64,000 bases of DNA from Rhodospirillales bacterium. Lineage in GTDB: Bacteria; Pseudomonadota; Alphaproteobacteria; Bin95. The DNA is taken from assembly GCA_038143065.1 (NCBI GenBank), contig JAYQLI010000035.1, positions 2,624,894-2,688,893 on the forward strand, in the 5' to 3' direction. The notes under the pieces were generated by a model. The model made no database searches. It worked only from the letters and a program-made list of their open reading frames with translations, and had not been told where the DNA came from. The position numbers were made by a program, and so were the translations under genes. Shown one piece after another: positions 60,458 to 64,000 of this stretch (the first letter of the stretch is position 1; each line of letters begins with the position of its first letter).

Positions 60458-61471
60458 ATGCAGAATAACTGGCAAGCCTTGATTAAGCCCAGCCAGCTCA
60501 ATGTCGAGCCAAAGGGTGATCCAAGCCGCAGCGCAACCGTAGTAGCTGAACCCCTTGAGCGTGGGTTTGGTGTTACTTTGGGAAATGGCCTGCGTCGTGT
60601 ACTACTTTCCTCTCTTCAGGGAGCTGCCGTCACGTCGGTAAAAATCGATGGAGTTCTGCACGAATTTTCTTCGATCCCTGGTGTGCGAGAAGATGTTGTA
60701 GATATCGTATTAAATATAAAGTCCATGGGCTTGCGCATGGATTCCGAAGGCCCAAAGCGTATCACACTTGAGGCCAAAGGTCCGGGTGTGGCTACTGCAG
60801 GCCAGATAGAAACAGGTCCAGATATTGAAGTTATGGACCCAGACTTGGTCATATGTACCCTTGACGATGGCGCTTCCATCCATATGGAAATGACTGTTGA
60901 AACGGGCAGGGGATATGTGCCGGCTGCGCAAAATAGAGGCGAAGATGCGCCAATTGGTGTTATTCCAGTCGATGCAATCTTTAGTCCAGTCCGTCAAGTG
61001 TCCTACCGTATAGAAAATACCCGTGTTGGACAGGTGACCGACTACGACAAACTCGCTTTGCATGTTGAAACGAATGGGTCCGTAACGCCAGAGGATGCAG
61101 TAGCATTCGCTGCACGCATATTACAGGACCAGTTGCAGCTATTCATCAATTTTGAAGAACCAAAGCCAGCTGTCGAAGAAGATGCGGTACCTGAGCTGCC
61201 GTTCAATAAGAACCTTCTGCGCCGTGTAGAAGAACTTGAGCTCAGTGTAAGGTCTGCTAATTGCCTTAAGAATGATAACATCATTTATATTGGCGACCTC
61301 GTTCAAAAGTCCGAGGGTGAGATGTTGAGGACGCCGAATTTTGGCCGTAAATCCCTCAACGAGATCAAGCATGTTCTAGAGCAGATGGATCTTCATTTGG
61401 GGCTTGATATTCCTAACTGGCCCCCAGAAAACATCGACGATCTTGCACGACGTCTTGAAGAGCCGTTCTAA
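60458..61471 (+). CDS. rpoA: DNA-directed RNA polymerase alpha subunit
   Basis: [39 protein letters not shown]. Confidence 0.99.
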   Translation: MQNNWQALIKPSQLNVEPKGDPSRSATVVAEPLERGFGVTLGNGLRRVLLSSLQGAAVTSVKIDGVLHEFSSIPGVREDVVDIVLNIKSMGLRMDSEGPKRITLEAKGPGVATAGQIETGPDIEVMDPDLVICTLDDGASIHMEMTVETGRGYVPAAQNRGEDAPIGVIPVDAIFSPVRQVSYRIENTRVGQVTDYDKLALHVETNGSVTPEDAVAFAARILQDQLQLFINFEEPKPAVEEDAVPELPFNKNLLRRVEELELSVRSANCLKNDNIIYIGDLVQKSEGEMLRTPNFGRKSLNEIKHVLEQMDLHLGLDIPNWPPENIDDLARRLEEPF

Positions 61472-61503
61472 GCTGCCGGTCAGAAGGCAAAAAGGAAAGT
61501 TAA

Positions 61504-61926
61504 ATGCGTCATCGTAAGGGGCCAGCAAAGTTAGGCCGAACCTCAACCCACCGTCAGGCAATGCTCGCAAACATGGCTGCAGCCCTTGTTAAGCATGAGC
61601 AAATCGTGACAACTCTTCCAAAGGCAAAGGCATTGCGCCCAGTCGTGGAGAAGCTGATTACACTGGCCAAAAAAGGTGACCTCTCCTCTCGTCGCCTTGC
61701 TATTGCCCGCCTTCGCGACGAAGCAATGGTTCGTAAGCTCTTCTCTACCCTTGCCGAGCGTTACAACGAACGCCCCGGCGGGTACACAAGAGTGTTGAAG
61801 GCAGGTTTCCGATATGGCGATGATGCCCCGATGGCAGTTATCGAGCTGGTAGACAGGGATCCTGAAGCCAAAGGTCTTGATTCTGGGCCAACCGGTGACG
61901 AAGTTGAAGAAGAAGCAGCAGCCTAA
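61504..61926 (+). CDS. rplQ: 50S ribosomal protein L17
   Basis: MRHRK, TTLPKAK, RPGGYTR. Confidence 0.98.
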   Translation: MRHRKGPAKLGRTSTHRQAMLANMAAALVKHEQIVTTLPKAKALRPVVEKLITLAKKGDLSSRRLAIARLRDEAMVRKLFSTLAERYNERPGGYTRVLKAGFRYGDDAPMAVIELVDRDPEAKGLDSGPTGDEVEEEAAA

Positions 61927-61953
61927 TTGACTTCACAACAGTTGTGATTGAGG

Positions 61954-61988
61954 AGGCCATCAGGCATTCGCCTGGTGGCCTTTTTTTT
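61954..61988 (+). terminator. Intrinsic terminator ending the ribosomal supercluster
   Basis: aggccatcaggc-attc-gcctggtggcct stem followed by a T-run. Confidence 0.85.
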
Positions 61989-62085
61989 GGCTTATTTTAG
62001 TTCAATCGGTTTATGAAAAGACTAGGCCAACCTGTCGACATACTTCATCGAGAATTTCGGATCGCTTATCTCCGGGTTGGTTTGA

Positions 62086-62924
62086 TTATTCGGAGACCAA
62101 CATTTCTTTGATAGGCCCGCCTTCTCTATTTTGGTTTAATTTTTCCCAAAGCCATCCGATCATTGGCTCCGCGTTTTCAATCAACTGATATGGTGGATTG
62201 ATGATAACTAGATCACTTCCTGAGCTCTTTTTGGCTTATAGCTCTCGTGTAGTTTAAGTCCGAGTTTAATGGTCTCGGGCGGCGAAAGTGCAATAAAGCC
62301 TGCATCAAAGGTATCCATAGCATCGTCATCCAGGATAGGGCGCCAAACAGCTATAGTTCCTGTTCTAAATCTTCGTAGAGCATTTTTGACTGCCTGTAAG
62401 ATTCTTTGAAATTCATCAGGCTGATCAAAACTTGCGTCGATAAAAATTAGGCCTCGTTTTTCAATAGGAGGCAACTTTGCTTTCACAGCGTCAAAGCCAT
62501 TTCCTGCAATTATCTCTGTTTTACGGGCCATAGATAAATTGGCCTTAAGTTGACTTTGATCCTGTTTATTTAATTCAGCCACTGCTAGACGATCTTGTGG
62601 TCTCAATAACTTTCTAATTATGAGTGGTGATCCAGGGTACCATCTAAGGTCGCGTTGATTAAAAGAACTAACGGTATCTAAATAGTGAGAAAGGCTTTCG
62701 GGTATATCGGGTTCTCCCCAGATACGACCAATGCCTGCACTCCACTCTTTTGTTTTGTTGGCCCGAGCATCGTTTAAGTCATAGAGGCCCGCACCTCCGT
62801 GTGTATCTAATACAAACAATGGTTTATCTTTGCGCGTCAGCGCTAAGATCAGCAATGTAAGAATCGAATGCTTCAATACATCTGCGGGTCCACCGGCGTG
62901 GAACTGATGCCTGTATGACAGCAT
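62086..62924 (-). CDS. rlmJ: 23S rRNA (adenine(2030)-N6)-methyltransferase RlmJ; frameshift near 62225
   Basis: MLSYRHQFHAG..ADVLKH, DTHGGAGLY, YPGSP; tail GSDLVIINPPY in another frame ends at 62086. Confidence 0.9.
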
Positions 62925-62942
62925 AATCGTCTCAAAAACTAA

Positions 62943-63980
62943 CTATAAGTTATTCACTAATATTGGTTTTAAGGCATTGCCCTGATTGATTGCTTCGAAG
63001 CCATTAACAGCTTTAGACATTGGTAGTACAGGATGTGCTAAAGCTGTTAGGTCTACCTTTCGTTCCTCCAAAAGACTAACACCTAAGTCCCAGTCTTGCC
63101 AAAGTCTGCGGCCATGGACTCCATATATCGAAGTTCCTGTACGCAATAGTGTATTTATATCAAGTTTATGGGCCTCTGCTGGGCCCGCGACGAGCCGAAG
63201 GTCAGCCATTCGCTCTAACGAAGCAATAACGGCGTCAAGGCCCTCTGCAACTCCTGAGTATTCAATGCCGACCTCAACACCGTAGCCTTCTGTCATTGCT
63301 TTTGCGGCACTGGCTACATCATTGGCTGATGGATCAACAATTTCATCGGCGCCAAAATCCTTTGCTAACGCTAATCGCAGTGGGTTTGGGTCAGCTGCCA
63401 GAATCTTTCGAGCACCCAGCACCTTTGCTACAGCAACAGTCATAAGGCCGATTGGTCCACAACCATTAACGAGAACAGTTTTGCCTGCAGTACCGCGCTG
63501 ACTCATGCATGCATGAACGGCAATACCAAAAGGCTCAATCATTGCAGCTGTATTGTCATCAAGCGTTTTTGGAATCTTACGAACAATTTGAGATGGTACA
63601 GCAACAGTCTCAGCAAACCCTCCATCTATAGATATTCCAGGGTAACCTAAATGCTCGCAGAGGTGCGCATCTCCACGTCTGCAGTAGTGGCAGTATCCGC
63701 AAAAAATGTGGGATTCCAGACTAACACGGTCGCCGACTTCAAGTCCTGCTACAGCTTTTCCAATTTTTTTGATTGTACCTGTTGCCTCGTGCCCTAAAAT
63801 CCTCGGAATTTCAATGCGAGATTGCATCCTTGGTGCCCAATTAAAGATTGCCATATCAGTCCCACAAATGCCTGCCGCTGCAATCTCAATTAGCACCTCG
63901 TCTTGGTTGGGCTCAGGGGTTGGGGCATCTATTACGCCAACACATGCCTTCGCTTGTTTTAGTTTTGCTACTGCAAGCAT
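62943..63980 (-). CDS. tdh: Zn-dependent medium-chain dehydrogenase, L-threonine 3-dehydrogenase-like
   Basis: GICGTD, GHE, ESHIFCGYCHYC..HLC, EPFGIAVH, GCGPIG; the exact substrate is not certain. Confidence 0.65.
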   Translation of the reverse strand: MLAVAKLKQAKACVGVIDAPTPEPNQDEVLIEIAAAGICGTDMAIFNWAPRMQSRIEIPRILGHEATGTIKKIGKAVAGLEVGDRVSLESHIFCGYCHYCRRGDAHLCEHLGYPGISIDGGFAETVAVPSQIVRKIPKTLDDNTAAMIEPFGIAVHACMSQRGTAGKTVLVNGCGPIGLMTVAVAKVLGARKILAADPNPLRLALAKDFGADEIVDPSANDVASAAKAMTEGYGVEVGIEYSGVAEGLDAVIASLERMADLRLVAGPAEAHKLDINTLLRTGTSIYGVHGRRLWQDWDLGVSLLEERKVDLTALAHPVLPMSKAVNGFEAINQGNALKPILVNNL

Positions 63981-64000
63981 AGACTTTTATTCCGAGAAAA

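Noticed and set aside
57522-61926. Absence of rpmJ, infA, map and rpsD from the spc/alpha region
   Set aside because: secY-adk-rpsM-rpsK-rpoA-rplQ is the usual alphaproteobacterial arrangement.

Overview
Alphaproteobacterial chromosomal segment (by eye roughly 45-50% GC; gene content suggests a free-living, probably marine heterotroph). About 1-29.8 kb is a mosaic of metabolic and transport genes: coxG-coxS-coxM, a putative Na+/H+ antiporter or citrate-type transporter, class II aldolase, PLP aminotransferase, modBC, an LpoA-like protein, a 2-hydroxyacid dehydrogenase, a TRAP system with an Ldh_2 dehydrogenase and a ComD-like subunit, pckA, an amidase with a small partner, a proXWV-type ABC transporter, cycH, acetolactate synthase, msrA, a P450 and rlmB. 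About 29.9-62 kb is the canonical alphaproteobacterial translation/transcription supercluster (tRNA-Tyr/Gly-tuf-tRNA-Trp-secE-nusG-rplKAJL-rpoBC, str, S10, spc, adk and alpha operons), followed by rlmJ and a tdh-like gene on the minus strand. About 20 genes, including essential ones (rpoB, rplA, rplB, rplK, rplO), are broken by single-base indels. This points to an unpolished, probably long-read, assembly rather than real pseudogenes, so single-base oddities need caution. No CRISPR array, transposase, integrase, phage gene or rRNA is visible. The standout signals are: an extreme ~8% GC block of about 400 bp between the divergent amidase and proXWV units; several multi-subunit systems missing one partner locally (coxL, modA, comE, other ccm genes); a TRAP-hcxB-comD-like candidate catabolic operon; an apparent CTG start for rlmB; an in-frame TAG in rplC; an inverted repeat bracketing tRNA-Trp; and a structured rpsL leader. 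I cannot claim a clearly novel system from sequence alone.
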